IMG/VR virus record: IMGVR_UViG_3300028920_000022
Span: 1 to 64,000 of that record
Strand: one strand, 5' to 3'
DNA: 64,000 bases
A program made the translations under genes and the position numbers. Position 1 is the first letter of the stretch. Each line of letters begins with the position of its first letter. The notes under the pieces are model-generated. The model did no database searches. It saw nothing but the letters and a program-made list of their open reading frames with translations, and had not been told where the DNA came from. Positions 36,498-45,736 of the stretch are shown here, one piece after another.

Positions 36498-36751
36498 TCT
36501 ATTATATCACGAATCGTCAAATCGTTATTAGAAATACAGGGCTGTACTTTGGAAATATAATCAACGTATATTTGATACTTTTTCCATGGAGTTTTCCGTT
36601 GCTCTTCTCGCATTTTCCCGAAACCCTCTGGGTCTTTTTCTAACGCAAGTTTGTTTAGTTCCTGAGTTGTGCATCGACATCTCAAACAAGCATAATTATG
36701 CTCGTCATAAAACTGTGCTTTCGGAACCCAAAATGCGTGGAAAATTGTCAT
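36494..36751 (-). CDS. ZnF-IIE family protein
   Basis: FHAF..CLRC..PC..LTIRDIIE. Confidence 0.8.
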   Translation of the reverse strand: MTIFHAFWVPKAQFYDEHNYACLRCRCTTQELNKLALEKDPEGFGKMREEQRKTPWKKYQIYVDYISKVQPCISNNDLTIRDIIE

Positions 36752-36969
36752 TCTATAACGTTTTTGATGATAAACTCGTCACAGCTAATGCTTTCCAGTG
36801 GTGTTACGTGCGGTTGATGTCCATTCAAAGTAGAAACGAAGTTGTTTCCCCCAGATTGGTACACTATAATACCACAATTTTCGCAAATTCTGTAAGCACC
36901 CCCGGCGCCCATATGTCCTTTGAATTTATCCATTTCTTGGATAGTAACATGTCTAAGTTTGTGACTCAT
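36748..36969 (-). CDS. ZnF-IIE family protein
   Basis: SHKL..CENCG..SCDEFIIKNVIE. Confidence 0.8.
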   Translation of the reverse strand: MSHKLRHVTIQEMDKFKGHMGAGGAYRICENCGIIVYQSGGNNFVSTLNGHQPHVTPLESISCDEFIIKNVIE

Positions 36970-37108
36970 TCTATGATATCCTTAATGATTTGCTCAGCAC
37001 AATTAATTGAATCGACAGATGTCACAGAAAACCAATTGTTGCGATCATGAACCTCTGTTGGTCTCATGCCCATTTTGTACCACACTTTTTGAAAAATGTC
37101 AACATCTG
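36966..37108 (-). pseudogene. 5'-truncated ZnF-IIE remnant
   Basis: frame ends INCAEQIIKDIIE but lacks the H/CxxC half. Confidence 0.55.
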
Positions 37109-37363
37109 TTATTCAATAATATATTTGATAATTTCTTCGTCTTGAATTGTTTGGCACGGTCTTAAATCATCTTTCCCACCAGTGCCAGGAAAACCATATA
37201 GGTGTATTTCCGAAAACACTTTTCCATCGTAAATTGAAGATAATATGTGCATATGAATACCACAGTTGCGACACGTGTAATATCTTTTGAAATTTGTTTC
37301 GATAAATTGGTGCCCCAGCTCATGCAAAAACTTTTCTGTGTATATTTCGCGAATCTTTTTCAT
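37109..37363 (-). CDS. ZnF-IIE family protein
   Basis: LGH..CRNCG..PC..IIKYIIE. Confidence 0.8.
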   Translation of the reverse strand: MKKIREIYTEKFLHELGHQFIETNFKRYYTCRNCGIHMHILSSIYDGKVFSEIHLYGFPGTGGKDDLRPCQTIQDEEIIKYIIE

Positions 37364-37578
37364 TCTATGATGTCCTTAATCATCACCTCTGTACAAGTCA
37401 TAAACCCATCAAATATATCGTTTCCTACTGTTGTTACATTATAATAGCTTTTCCAAGGTGTAAGCAATTCTTTCCATAAACGTGCTCCGCAATTGCGACA
37501 TAAATAGTTGGTGCCGTTTGGATAAACTATTATGGGAGTAAGATTATGTCCCAAATTTTCAAATTCCTTCAAGGTCAT
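37360..37578 (-). CDS. ZnF-IIE family protein
   Basis: LGH..CRNCG..TCTEVMIKDIIE. Confidence 0.8.
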   Translation of the reverse strand: MTLKEFENLGHNLTPIIVYPNGTNYLCRNCGARLWKELLTPWKSYYNVTTVGNDIFDGFMTCTEVMIKDIIE

Positions 37579-37820
37579 TCTATTATTTCTCTAATTATAT
37601 CTTCTGCCATAATCTTTTTGAATGTGGCGCAATCTACCTCTTCTGCATAATCGCAATCTATTTTTTTCCTGTGAATACCTGAGATTACGTTGTTGCTACA
37701 AACTAATAACATACATTTTTTGCATATTCTATACTGCAAATCGGGACCAATAATACCTTTGTTGTGTTTGTGTAAATAATTCAATTCTTTTTTAGTAATA
37801 TCTCTAAATTTGTGGCTCAT
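37575..37820 (-). CDS. ZnF-IIE family protein
   Basis: MSHKFRDITK..CKKC..IIREIIE. Confidence 0.8.
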   Translation of the reverse strand: MSHKFRDITKKELNYLHKHNKGIIGPDLQYRICKKCMLLVCSNNVISGIHRKKIDCDYAEEVDCATFKKIMAEDIIREIIE

Positions 37821-38044
37821 GTGATTATGTCCTTAATTATTACTTCGTTACATTTGATAGAAGATAAAAAGACCCGGTTGCCTTTGCTGTTTAGATTACT
37901 ACGCGACCATCGCATAGATATAAGCCATGTTTTGTGGCTTGTTCCCCAAAACACCTCTACACCACAATGTTGGCATCTATAATATTGCACAGACGTACCA
38001 GGATCATAATATGTGGCAAGCACATGATTTTCAACCTTAATCAT
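37817..38044 (-). CDS. ZnF-IIE family protein
   Basis: NH..CQHCG..KCNEVIIKDIIT. Confidence 0.8.
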   Translation of the reverse strand: MIKVENHVLATYYDPGTSVQYYRCQHCGVEVFWGTSHKTWLISMRWSRSNLNSKGNRVFLSSIKCNEVIIKDIIT

Positions 38045-38289
38045 TCTATTATTTCCCTGATTATATCATTTAACATGGTGCGTTTAAATGTGTCGCAATT
38101 TACCTCATCTATTCTTCTGTGCAAACCCAGCTTATCCGCATGAATATTTGAAACCCAATTTGTCCCATGGACTAACAGCAAACACTTATCACATATTTGG
38201 TATTGCAAACGACAACCAATTATTTTAGGGTAGTGCCTGGAAAAATAGTTCAATTCTTCTTTGGTAATATCTCTAAACTTGTGACTCAT
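38041..38289 (-). CDS. ZnF-IIE family protein (close paralog of 37575)
   Basis: MSHKFRDITK..CDKC..IIREIIE. Confidence 0.8.
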   Translation of the reverse strand: MSHKFRDITKEELNYFSRHYPKIIGCRLQYQICDKCLLLVHGTNWVSNIHADKLGLHRRIDEVNCDTFKRTMLNDIIREIIE

Positions 38290-38495
38290 TCTATTATTTC
38301 CTTGATGATCACATCATCACACCGCAGATCCTTTAGATATACTTGGAAAACCTTATGCGATCCCCGCCACCACTCACCAATAACCCAAGTATTTTTGCTG
38401 TTCTTAAACACCTCAATCCCACAATTAACACAGTAATAATATGTCTCAAATGGATGTGACATTTTCACCAAATTATGATTTTTAAACCTAATCAT
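38286..38495 (-). CDS. ZnF-IIE family protein
   Basis: NH..CVNCG..RCDDVIIKEIIE. Confidence 0.8.
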   Translation of the reverse strand: MIRFKNHNLVKMSHPFETYYYCVNCGIEVFKNSKNTWVIGEWWRGSHKVFQVYLKDLRCDDVIIKEIIE

Positions 38496-38705
38496 TTGAT
38501 TATTCCCAAAACAATAATATCGTTACAGTTGAGTTGTTCCAAACTGCTAGAATAGGTTTTGTTTGCGACACACCAATGCGTTGATATACGCCACCTTTTC
38601 GAGCCTTTATATACCTCTACGCCACAATTGCGACAGACAAAATATTGGATACCTAGCGCCTCCGCGCAGCGTGATTTGATCAAATCATGCCCAAAATATC
38701 TTCAT
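38492..38705 (-). pseudogene. frameshifted ZnF-IIE gene
   Basis: ATG AAG ATA TTT TGG GCA TGA; removing one T restores MKIFGHDLIKSRC.. Confidence 0.7.
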
Positions 38706-38929
38706 TTAATTATCCCCATGATAATGTAATCGTTGCATGTTATAGTTTCTGCAAAATCGTTTTGATATTTATATGCAATCGGATCGTCCATAGAAACATA
38801 TATTTTGTTCCTAACACAACCAGCTATGAGTCCTTTGTTGTGCCAACACATCATGCCGCATATAGAACAAATTAATTTATCCTCTTGCGTAAATAGTTTG
38901 TGTGTACCACACTGGATTGTTTTTGTCAT
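38702..38929 (-). CDS. ZnF-IIE family protein
   Basis: GTH..CSICG..TCNDYIIMGIIK. Confidence 0.8.
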   Translation of the reverse strand: MTKTIQCGTHKLFTQEDKLICSICGMMCWHNKGLIAGCVRNKIYVSMDDPIAYKYQNDFAETITCNDYIIMGIIK

Positions 38930-39177
38930 TTGATTATGTCAGCTATGATAACATCATCACAGGTTATACACTCTGGGCTTTCAAATTTGCTGCTTTTTAT
39001 TTGATTCACTCCGGATATTGAAAGTGTTTCTGCAAAAGAATAGGCGATTAAACCACATGTATCACAAATAAAATACATAGCAGTGTGGCTTCCGGCGCAC
39101 CAGTTGTATGTTGGATGTTTCACCTTTGCCTGTTTAAGGCACCCTATTTCGTGAAAATTATGTGTACCTATTTTCAC
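38926..39177 (-). CDS. ZnF-IIE family protein (MKIGTH subfamily)
   Basis: CDTCG..TCDDVIIADIIK. Confidence 0.82.
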   Translation of the reverse strand: MKIGTHNFHEIGCLKQAKVKHPTYNWCAGSHTAMYFICDTCGLIAYSFAETLSISGVNQIKSSKFESPECITCDDVIIADIIK

Positions 39178-39428
39178 CTGATTATGCTCTCCACAATAAT
39201 ATCATTACAAGTAACATTTTCTAGTTTTGTGGTTCTTCCTATGCCGTTCCTGTTTATACCGGACCAAACGAACGTATCCTCTTTTAAACGAAAACACGCC
39301 ACCCCACACGTTTCGCAAATAAAATATTCAGATCCGCCAGACGCCTCGTTCCAATTGTATTCTGGATATTTGGTTTCAGCTATCTCGGCTTTACCAACTG
39401 AGTAGAATATGTGTGTGCCTATCTTCAT
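39174..39428 (-). CDS. ZnF-IIE family protein (MKIGTH subfamily)
   Basis: CETCG..TCNDIIVESIIR. Confidence 0.82.
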   Translation of the reverse strand: MKIGTHIFYSVGKAEIAETKYPEYNWNEASGGSEYFICETCGVACFRLKEDTFVWSGINRNGIGRTTKLENVTCNDIIVESIIR

Positions 39429-39650
39429 ACGATTATTTCCCGGATTATTACATCAGTACAGGTCGTATCTTCAATGGAAGAAAATGTTTTTTTGGAATCC
39501 GTTGCTATAAGAAATTAACTCTGGAGAATTATACCCATATACAACCAAACCACAGTTAGCACATTTGTAATATTTGTCATGCTTCGATATAAAATAATTG
39601 GGTAGAGATTTTGGATCTATTTCCACAAAATTATGTGTGCCAATTTTCAT
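39425..39650 (-). pseudogene. frameshifted ZnF-IIE gene (A7 tract)
   Basis: A7 at 39487-39493; A6 restores ..QKTFSSIEDTTCTDVIIREIIV. Confidence 0.75.
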
Positions 39651-39886
39651 TCGATTATTCCCATTATAATAACTTCGTTGCATGTAACATCTGACGGTCG
39701 CATTTCTTTTTTAAATTTGTTCGCGGCGGAAATAAATATTGTTCCCTCCAATAGTGTTCCCTTGCGGGCTCTATGTATGATTAATCCACAGTTTTCACAC
39801 TTGTAATATGTGTCTAAAGGAGATACAATTTCTACTGGTAATAGTTTTTTGTCTATTTCCACAAAATTATGCGTTCCCACCTTCAT
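39647..39886 (-). CDS. ZnF-IIE family protein
   Basis: MKVGTH..CENCG..TCNEVIIMGIIE. Confidence 0.82.
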   Translation of the reverse strand: MKVGTHNFVEIDKKLLPVEIVSPLDTYYKCENCGLIIHRARKGTLLEGTIFISAANKFKKEMRPSDVTCNEVIIMGIIE

Positions 39887-40116
39887 TCAATTATTTCCTT
39901 GATTAGAAAATCATTACAGTCTATAGACGCCGGATCGTAATAGCTAGTACCCTTTATCGAAATCCTGGAAACATAATATTTATTATCGATCGAGCCTCTG
40001 AAAATAACAAGGTCACAGTTTTGGCACCGAAAATAATCGAAGTGATGGTTAACTCGTGATGGGTCCATAAGAGTGTTTTTGTCTACTTCTTGAAAAATGT
40101 GGTTGCCTATTTTCAC
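39883..40116 (-). CDS. ZnF-IIE family protein
   Basis: MKIGNH..CQNC..DCNDFLIKEIIE. Confidence 0.82.
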   Translation of the reverse strand: MKIGNHIFQEVDKNTLMDPSRVNHHFDYFRCQNCDLVIFRGSIDNKYYVSRISIKGTSYYDPASIDCNDFLIKEIIE

Positions 40117-40358
40117 GTGATTATATCCTCTATTATTTCGTTCCTGACCTTTATTTCTTCCTCAGTACAGTCTATGGATTCTGGAGAACCATCTGGCGCC
40201 TTAAACTCTCTCCAAATAGAAGAAATAACCAACGATTTATTTTCGTTTTTGTATACCAACAAATTACAACGTTCGCATCGATAATATTTACAACGACGAT
40301 TGAAAGCACGATGAAATGACATGTTCTCATGTGTTGGTATAAATTTGTGCGCTCTCAT
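40113..40358 (-). CDS. ZnF-IIE family protein
   Basis: AHKF..CERC..DC..IIEDIIT. Confidence 0.82.
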   Translation of the reverse strand: MRAHKFIPTHENMSFHRAFNRRCKYYRCERCNLLVYKNENKSLVISSIWREFKAPDGSPESIDCTEEEIKVRNEIIEDIIT

Positions 40359-40621
40359 TCGATGATTTCCTTGATTATACAGTCGTTACAATCCAAATCT
40401 TCGGGTCGCCTTCTTTGGTACGAATTTTCCATCCAAAAATCCGATACCCAATAGATGTCTTGGCATCTAACAATAATCATGCTACATTGTTTGCAAATTA
40501 GATACCGTTTTCGATATCGTTTGTTTGGTTCGGAACCTATTTTTATATTGCCGTCGGAACCTATTTTGCACCTATACTCTTCGGCGCTAATTTTTTTAAA
40601 AATATGATTGCCAATTCTCAT
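40355..40621 (-). CDS. ZnF-IIE family protein
   Basis: MRIGNH..CKQC..DCNDCIIKEIIE. Confidence 0.82.
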   Translation of the reverse strand: MRIGNHIFKKISAEEYRCKIGSDGNIKIGSEPNKRYRKRYLICKQCSMIIVRCQDIYWVSDFWMENSYQRRRPEDLDCNDCIIKEIIE

Positions 40622-40839
40622 TCAATTACCTCTTTGATAATTAGTTCTCGATATTCTTTGCAGCTTACGTTTTCCAAAGTTTCGCCAGGCACACAAAAAT
40701 TGCATTGCGAAATGTAGATTATTCCACTTCTATACCGCAGGACAATCAAACCACATGTAACACATTCAAAATAGTCAGCAGTAACTGCCCCTTTTGATGG
40801 ATTTTTTATTGGATAAAACGTATGGGTACCAAGTTTCAT
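40618..40839 (-). CDS. ZnF-IIE family protein
   Basis: MKLGTH..CVTCG..SC..LIIKEVIE; alternative start 40890. Confidence 0.8.
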   Translation of the reverse strand: MKLGTHTFYPIKNPSKGAVTADYFECVTCGLIVLRYRSGIIYISQCNFCVPGETLENVSCKEYRELIIKEVIE

Positions 40840-40886
40840 TCGATTATGTCCCTTGGCAGAATCAATTTTGAAGAATTTATCTCCAG

Positions 40887-41087
40887 TCATTTGATTATTT
40901 CTCGAATTATCCACTCATCACAACTTATTTGGTCTGGACAGATTCCCACTCCGAAATAACCCGGATCCCCATTATTAACAACCCAGTAGCCTAAATACCC
41001 ACTCCAAACATACATTCCACATTTTGTACATATATAGATCCGCTCTTTCTCCGTTCGTTCCAATATGTGTGTTCCGAGCTGTTTCAC
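40887..41087 (-). CDS. ZnF-IIE family protein
   Basis: LGTH..CTKCG..SCDEWIIREIIK. Confidence 0.82.
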   Translation of the reverse strand: MKQLGTHILERTEKERIYICTKCGMYVWSGYLGYWVVNNGDPGYFGVGICPDQISCDEWIIREIIK

Positions 41088-41302
41088 GTTATCACCGATT
41101 TGATAACATATTCGTCACAATCTATACCATCTACTTCAGTAAAACCAACAGCTAACCCACGCTCGCAACGATTGGCAATATAATAATTTAAACCAACACT
41201 TTTCCAAACCATTATACCACATACCTTGCAACGCCAAAGTTTTCCTTTAGGAAAATTAAACTCTCCGCTGTACGGCTCTAAATCGTGCGTTCCTATTTTC
41301 AT
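41084..41302 (-). CDS. ZnF-IIE family protein
   Basis: MKIGTH..CKVCG..DCDEYVIKSVIT. Confidence 0.82.
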   Translation of the reverse strand: MKIGTHDLEPYSGEFNFPKGKLWRCKVCGIMVWKSVGLNYYIANRCERGLAVGFTEVDGIDCDEYVIKSVIT

Positions 41303-41550
41303 ATTATTTCTTTAATTATCCATTCGTTGCAAGTTATGTCCTGAGGGTGTCCAAAGCTATAAGGCGAATCATTGATTTCAGAAATACATGGAAGCAGATC
41401 ATTGTGAAATACTATTATACCACAGTCTGTGCAACAAAAATAATGCCCAACAGCACGTTTCAACCATTCAGGGCTGTATCTTTTAGTTTGTGCAATATTT
41501 TCAAGCTCCATGCGCGTTATGCCCCTAAATGTATGTGTGCCATATTTCAT
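41299..41550 (-). CDS. ZnF-IIE family protein
   Basis: MKYGTH..CTDCG..TCNEWIIKEII. Confidence 0.82.
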   Translation of the reverse strand: MKYGTHTFRGITRMELENIAQTKRYSPEWLKRAVGHYFCCTDCGIIVFHNDLLPCISEINDSPYSFGHPQDITCNEWIIKEII

Positions 41551-41768
41551 TTGATTATTTCTCGAATTATCCACTCATTACATGTTATATCTTTCGCTAA
41601 AATTAATCTATTATGTTTATGCACCAATATCATGTTGAAATCGCAAACGAAATATTCCCCAGTTACATGCGATCTCCACATTACTATACCACACATCTTA
41701 CATTCCCATGACTGATTGGAAAGAACATTTGTAAGCTTGGTTATAGAATGAGTTCCAACTGTTCTCAT
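41547..41768 (-). CDS. ZnF-IIE family protein
   Basis: VGTH..CKMCG..TCNEWIIREIIK. Confidence 0.82.
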   Translation of the reverse strand: MRTVGTHSITKLTNVLSNQSWECKMCGIVMWRSHVTGEYFVCDFNMILVHKHNRLILAKDITCNEWIIREIIK

Positions 41769-41980
41769 TGGATTATACTTCGAATGATGTGGTCATTACA
41801 TTTTATTTCTTCAGCAAAATAGTTTCTTGAATTGCCCGAAATTATGTATTCTCCGTGTTTTCTAAAAACAACTAATTCACAATTTTGACATTTGTAATAT
41901 GGATACATTAAAGGACACATCCACTCTTTTGCCTCATCAGTAGGTAATGGCTCTAGTATGTGCGTTCCTGCAGTGATCAT
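41765..41980 (-). CDS. ZnF-IIE family protein
   Basis: AGTH..CQNC..KCNDHIIRSIIQ. Confidence 0.82.
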   Translation of the reverse strand: MITAGTHILEPLPTDEAKEWMCPLMYPYYKCQNCELVVFRKHGEYIISGNSRNYFAEEIKCNDHIIRSIIQ

Positions 41981-42201
41981 TCAATAATGTCCCGGATTAT
42001 TATGTTTTTATACTCTTGACAGGAAATGCGCTTTGGGTCTTCTCGCCAGGGTTCTGTGGAATATGCTGATACAATATATTGTTTATATGAGTAAAACACT
42101 ATCAAACCACAAACATTGCATTCGTAATATTTTCTGCCTTCCGGAGTTTTAGGATCCAAGTCTTCCCGTGGTATTAATTGATGAGTACCCACATTTTTCA
42201 T
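41977..42201 (-). CDS. ZnF-IIE family protein
   Basis: VGTH..CNVCG..SC..IIIRDIIE. Confidence 0.82.
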   Translation of the reverse strand: MKNVGTHQLIPREDLDPKTPEGRKYYECNVCGLIVFYSYKQYIVSAYSTEPWREDPKRISCQEYKNIIIRDIIE

Positions 42202-42434
42202 TTGATTATGCTCTCAATAATGAAATCACGGCAAGAAATGCTTTCAGGTTCAAATACGCTTTTTTTGTGAAGATCAGAAATTTTGTATTCCCCACCAATA
42301 TTGTGATAAACAATTAAATCACACTTACTGCACTTAAAATATGTAGTTTTCAGGTTTGGTCCAAAACCATCCCTTTTCAAAGCGCGTACTTCTTTGTGAG
42401 ATAACTTCAGGAAATTATGTGTTCCTATCTTCAT
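42198..42434 (-). CDS. ZnF-IIE family protein
   Basis: MKIGTH..CSKC..SCRDFIIESIIK. Confidence 0.82.
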   Translation of the reverse strand: MKIGTHNFLKLSHKEVRALKRDGFGPNLKTTYFKCSKCDLIVYHNIGGEYKISDLHKKSVFEPESISCRDFIIESIIK

Positions 42435-42649
42435 TCTATTATCTCCCGTATCACCCTCTCTAAACAATTAACTTCGTCTGGGTTCCAGGCTGTTTCGTAT
42501 GGTTCGTTTGCTCCAGAAATAATCAAAATCTTTTCGTCACCAATACATTCTAAACATAATAAACCACAAACTTCGCACCTGTAATATTCCCCTCTAGGAT
42601 CAACAATGTGACCACCCGGAGTTGGGATTTTTACGAATTTGTGGCTCAT
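42431..42649 (-). CDS. ZnF-IIE family protein
   Basis: MSHKF..CEVCG..NCLERVIREIIE. Confidence 0.82.
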   Translation of the reverse strand: MSHKFVKIPTPGGHIVDPRGEYYRCEVCGLLCLECIGDEKILIISGANEPYETAWNPDEVNCLERVIREIIE

Positions 42650-42891
42650 TCTATTATTTCACGAATGATAAAATCATCACAGCTAATTTCCTTAGCCAAT
42701 CTTCTTTTTTCTCCCCTTTCTGTTATCTTAAACGCTGTCTTGTAACCACAAATAACAGAAATGTATTTTGTATCACCAAAGGCTATTAACCCGCATTCAC
42801 AACACCTATAATATGTAAGACCAGGAGAAAACTCCTCCCGATCTTTTTCTCCGTCTTCTATTTTTCGAAATTTGTGTTCCCGTGTTGTCAT
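42646..42891 (-). CDS. ZnF-IIE family protein
   Basis: EHKF..CCECG..SCDDFIIREIIE. Confidence 0.82.
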   Translation of the reverse strand: MTTREHKFRKIEDGEKDREEFSPGLTYYRCCECGLIAFGDTKYISVICGYKTAFKITERGEKRRLAKEISCDDFIIREIIE

Positions 42892-43100
42892 TCGATTATT
42901 TCCCGTATTATCCAATCATTACAACTGATTTCTGCAGGATATACCAAAGATGAGTCGGAACTGTAGGAAATTAGATAACGATTTTTGTACTGCCATGATT
43001 CGAATACTATTATTCCACAATTGATACACCGAAAATATCTATCGTTATTACGTTTATACGGATCCAATGCCGGTTCAAACTCGTGGGTTCCTATTTTCAT
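42888..43100 (-). CDS. ZnF-IIE family protein
   Basis: MKIGTH..CINCG..SCNDWIIREIIE. Confidence 0.82.
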   Translation of the reverse strand: MKIGTHEFEPALDPYKRNNDRYFRCINCGIIVFESWQYKNRYLISYSSDSSLVYPAEISCNDWIIREIIE

Positions 43101-43318
43101 TCTATTATTTCCCGTATTATCCATTCCTTACAATCAATATCTTCTGGCTTAACATAAGGATGAAATCTCCAATCTATGTGTCCGTCAAATTTGGTTATCC
43201 AAAAATTCTCGTTACGCTCATCAAACCACAAAAACATCCCGCAAATGTCGCACCGGTAGAAGTTTTTTGACAATCCAAAACTTTTTCGCATTGTTATTTC
43301 GTGACTGCCAAGCTTCAT
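43097..43318 (-). CDS. ZnF-IIE family protein
   Basis: MKLGSH..CDICG..DCKEWIIREIIE. Confidence 0.82.
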   Translation of the reverse strand: MKLGSHEITMRKSFGLSKNFYRCDICGMFLWFDERNENFWITKFDGHIDWRFHPYVKPEDIDCKEWIIREIIE

Positions 43319-43530
43319 ACCAAAATCTCATGAATAATGAATTCTTCGCACGTCATGTCTTCAGCAAATTTGCGAGTTCCCGAATTCGTTTTGTAAACGT
43401 TCCCATTCATTAAAGATATCCAATATTCTCCCCGCGAATTACGAAATATTATCATACCACACTTTGTACAACTAAACCTCATACCAATTTCAAATTTGCG
43501 TATTCCAACTATGTGCGTCCCGATTTTCAT
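43315..43530 (-). CDS. ZnF-IIE family protein
   Basis: MKIGTH..CTKCG..TCEEFIIHEILV. Confidence 0.82.
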   Translation of the reverse strand: MKIGTHIVGIRKFEIGMRFSCTKCGMIIFRNSRGEYWISLMNGNVYKTNSGTRKFAEDMTCEEFIIHEILV

Positions 43531-43745
43531 TCGATTATACACCTTATTACGTATTCGTCACATGTTATTTCGGTCCCCAACATCCGCGTGCCATCATCTT
43601 TTATAATATTTTTCATGTCCGAATGCGCCGAAACTGCTAAGTTACCTCTAGTGTACGAATATAAAATTATACCGCACTCTGTACACTGATAATAAACATC
43701 ATCATCCTTCCATGGAATTAACTTGTGCGTCCCTACTCTCTTCAT
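43527..43745 (-). CDS. ZnF-IIE family protein
   Basis: VGTH..CTECG..TCDEYVIRCIIE. Confidence 0.82.
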   Translation of the reverse strand: MKRVGTHKLIPWKDDDVYYQCTECGIILYSYTRGNLAVSAHSDMKNIIKDDGTRMLGTEITCDEYVIRCIIE

Positions 43746-43966
43746 TTGATTATGCTCGCGATTATATACTCTTTACAGGTAATTTCGTGAGCTTCTTTCT
43801 TTATTGGTACACCGTTACAGATTTTAGAATCCAACCCAAAACCACAAAATGCTGAAATATGTAGTGTTTCGGTTGTTCCCGCGTTATACGTTATTAACCC
43901 ACACTCTTCACAAATATAATACCTTTCCATATCCCATTTCCTAAACCTGTGCGTACCGTATTTCAT
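43742..43966 (-). CDS. ZnF-IIE family protein
   Basis: MKYGTH..CEECG..TCKEYIIASIIK. Confidence 0.82.
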   Translation of the reverse strand: MKYGTHRFRKWDMERYYICEECGLITYNAGTTETLHISAFCGFGLDSKICNGVPIKKEAHEITCKEYIIASIIK

Positions 43967-44172
43967 TTAATTATCTCTCGTATTATCCATTCATTACAAC
44001 TGATTTTCTCAACTGGTATCTGCCCTATCCCATTCCCATTTCCTAAAGACGTTACAAAACCATTGCTAGTTGTGTATACAAGTAATCCACAGTTTTCACA
44101 TACAAAATAATCGTCCGGATAGCCAATCTCAAACTTGTCTTCTTTAGTTATTGGTCTGAATTCGTGAGCCAT
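43963..44172 (-). CDS. ZnF-IIE family protein
   Basis: AHEF..CENCG..SCNEWIIREIIK. Confidence 0.82.
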   Translation of the reverse strand: MAHEFRPITKEDKFEIGYPDDYFVCENCGLLVYTTSNGFVTSLGNGNGIGQIPVEKISCNEWIIREIIK

Positions 44173-44385
44173 CTATTCTATTATCTCCCGGATTATCCAT
44201 TCCTCACAATTTATGCTATCTGCACGCATATAATGATGCAGCTTATTCGTTGCACAAATGTAATACTCCCTCATTCTCGTTGACCAACAAACCATGCCAC
44301 AATGTATGCATCTGTAATATTTGACGTATATTTCATCACTGGGTTTTTCAAAAATGCGCTCCAAATTATGCGTGCCACAAATCAC
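44173..44385 (-). CDS. ZnF-IIE family protein
   Basis: CGTH..CIHCG..NCEEWIIREIIE. Confidence 0.82.
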   Translation of the reverse strand: MICGTHNLERIFEKPSDEIYVKYYRCIHCGMVCWSTRMREYYICATNKLHHYMRADSINCEEWIIREIIE

Positions 44386-44627
44386 TCAATTATCCCCCTT
44401 ATTATTACTTCTCTGCAGTTTAGATCAGCCGCCTTCCTCCTTAAACCCCCATTATGTGTGAAACTCTCTCCACCGTTTATGTTGGATATCCAAAACTCTC
44501 CGTCCTTCGAATAAACCACTAAATCGCAATCCTCACATACCCAGTAGTCTAACAATTGTGGAGCTTGTGTTCGTATATTCATCGCTTCGTTGTCAGATTC
44601 GCTTAGCTTTATTAACCTGTGACTCAT
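44382..44627 (-). CDS. ZnF-IIE family protein
   Basis: SHRL..CEDC..NCREVIIRGIIE. Confidence 0.82.
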   Translation of the reverse strand: MSHRLIKLSESDNEAMNIRTQAPQLLDYWVCEDCDLVVYSKDGEFWISNINGGESFTHNGGLRRKAADLNCREVIIRGIIE

Positions 44628-44842
44628 TTGATTACTTCCCTAATTATCCAGTCACTGCATGTCGTTTCTTCAGGAGACCACATAAATTTGTCAGAAATGT
44701 TAGATATTATATATTTACCAGTGTGTATTCCCTTGAATATAACTAAACCACACTCTTTGCATTTATAATATTCCTCCTGGTGCGGCTCTCCGGCACATAA
44801 TGGCTTGCCGGTTGACTCAAATTCATGCGTCCCGATTTTCAT
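44624..44842 (-). CDS. ZnF-IIE family protein
   Basis: MKIGTH..CKECG..TCSDWIIREVIK. Confidence 0.82.
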   Translation of the reverse strand: MKIGTHEFESTGKPLCAGEPHQEEYYKCKECGLVIFKGIHTGKYIISNISDKFMWSPEETTCSDWIIREVIK

Positions 44843-45081
44843 TCGATTATTTCTCGTATTATCCACTCATCACAACTGATTTCTTCCGCTTTTCTCCTAC
44901 GAAAATTATCCTCCATAGCTACCGCCCCACACCGACTCGAAATGTACTTCGTAGAAGACCTGCCTCTGAAGCGAAATGCTAACATTCCACACGCTTTACA
45001 CTCATAATATTCGTTTTCCTCAGGAAAATTGGCTCTAGCGAACTTTCCTTCGTGTCTTATTTTTTCGAATTTGTGTGACAC
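44839..45081 (-). CDS. ZnF-IIE family protein
   Basis: SHKF..CKACG..SCDEWIIREIIE. Confidence 0.82.
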   Translation of the reverse strand: MSHKFEKIRHEGKFARANFPEENEYYECKACGMLAFRFRGRSSTKYISSRCGAVAMEDNFRRRKAEEISCDEWIIREIIE

Positions 45082-45084
45082 TGT

Positions 45085-45282
45085 CTACTTGATTATCTCC
45101 CTCACTACCCATTCGTTACAACTTATCTCTCCAGGATCAAGTAACGCAGGATCAGACATCGTGGATATTATATGTTTTCCATCACTAGCTTCAAATATTA
45201 CAATTCCACACTCTTTGCATTTATAATATCGATATCGATATCTCCCGTTCATCTTTTCAAACTTGTGCGTTCCAATTTTCAT
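45085..45282 (-). CDS. ZnF-IIE family protein
   Basis: MKIGTH..CKECG..SCNEWVVREIIK. Confidence 0.82.
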   Translation of the reverse strand: MKIGTHKFEKMNGRYRYRYYKCKECGIVIFEASDGKHIISTMSDPALLDPGEISCNEWVVREIIK

Positions 45283-45500
45283 TCGATTATTTCCCTGATT
45301 ATCCGTTCCCGACACCCTATACTCCCTATTAATTCCTGCCTCTCCGAACAGGCTAGCGATGTCCAAAACTCTCCGTCATCATTTTCGAATATTATTATCT
45401 CACATTCCTGGCATATCCAGTACAAAGAAGAAGGTCCAATATTAAACTTTGAACGCTCTTCCTCAGATGTCTTACGAAATGTGTGATCCCCTATCTTCAT
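45279..45500 (-). CDS. ZnF-IIE family protein
   Basis: MKIGDH..CQEC..GCRERIIREIIE. Confidence 0.82.
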   Translation of the reverse strand: MKIGDHTFRKTSEEERSKFNIGPSSLYWICQECEIIIFENDDGEFWTSLACSERQELIGSIGCRERIIREIIE

Positions 45501-45736
45501 TCGATTATCTCCCGGATTATAAACTCATCGCAACTTATTATTTCAGGACTTTTACCCACAAATCTAAGCTCTAATCCGCTCAATAATGATATCCCTACTC
45601 GGTCTCTTTCCCTGTATGCTACTATCCCACATTCTGAACATTGATAATATGTTTTAAATAAATTGTGGATTTTCGGATGCTTTCGGCTTATCTTTTCTAC
45701 CTCTTCTTGGGTTAATTCTTTGAATTTATGCGTCAT
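45497..45736 (-). CDS. ZnF-IIE family protein
   Basis: THKF..CSECG..SCDEFIIREIIE. Confidence 0.82.
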   Translation of the reverse strand: MTHKFKELTQEEVEKISRKHPKIHNLFKTYYQCSECGIVAYRERDRVGISLLSGLELRFVGKSPEIISCDEFIIREIIE

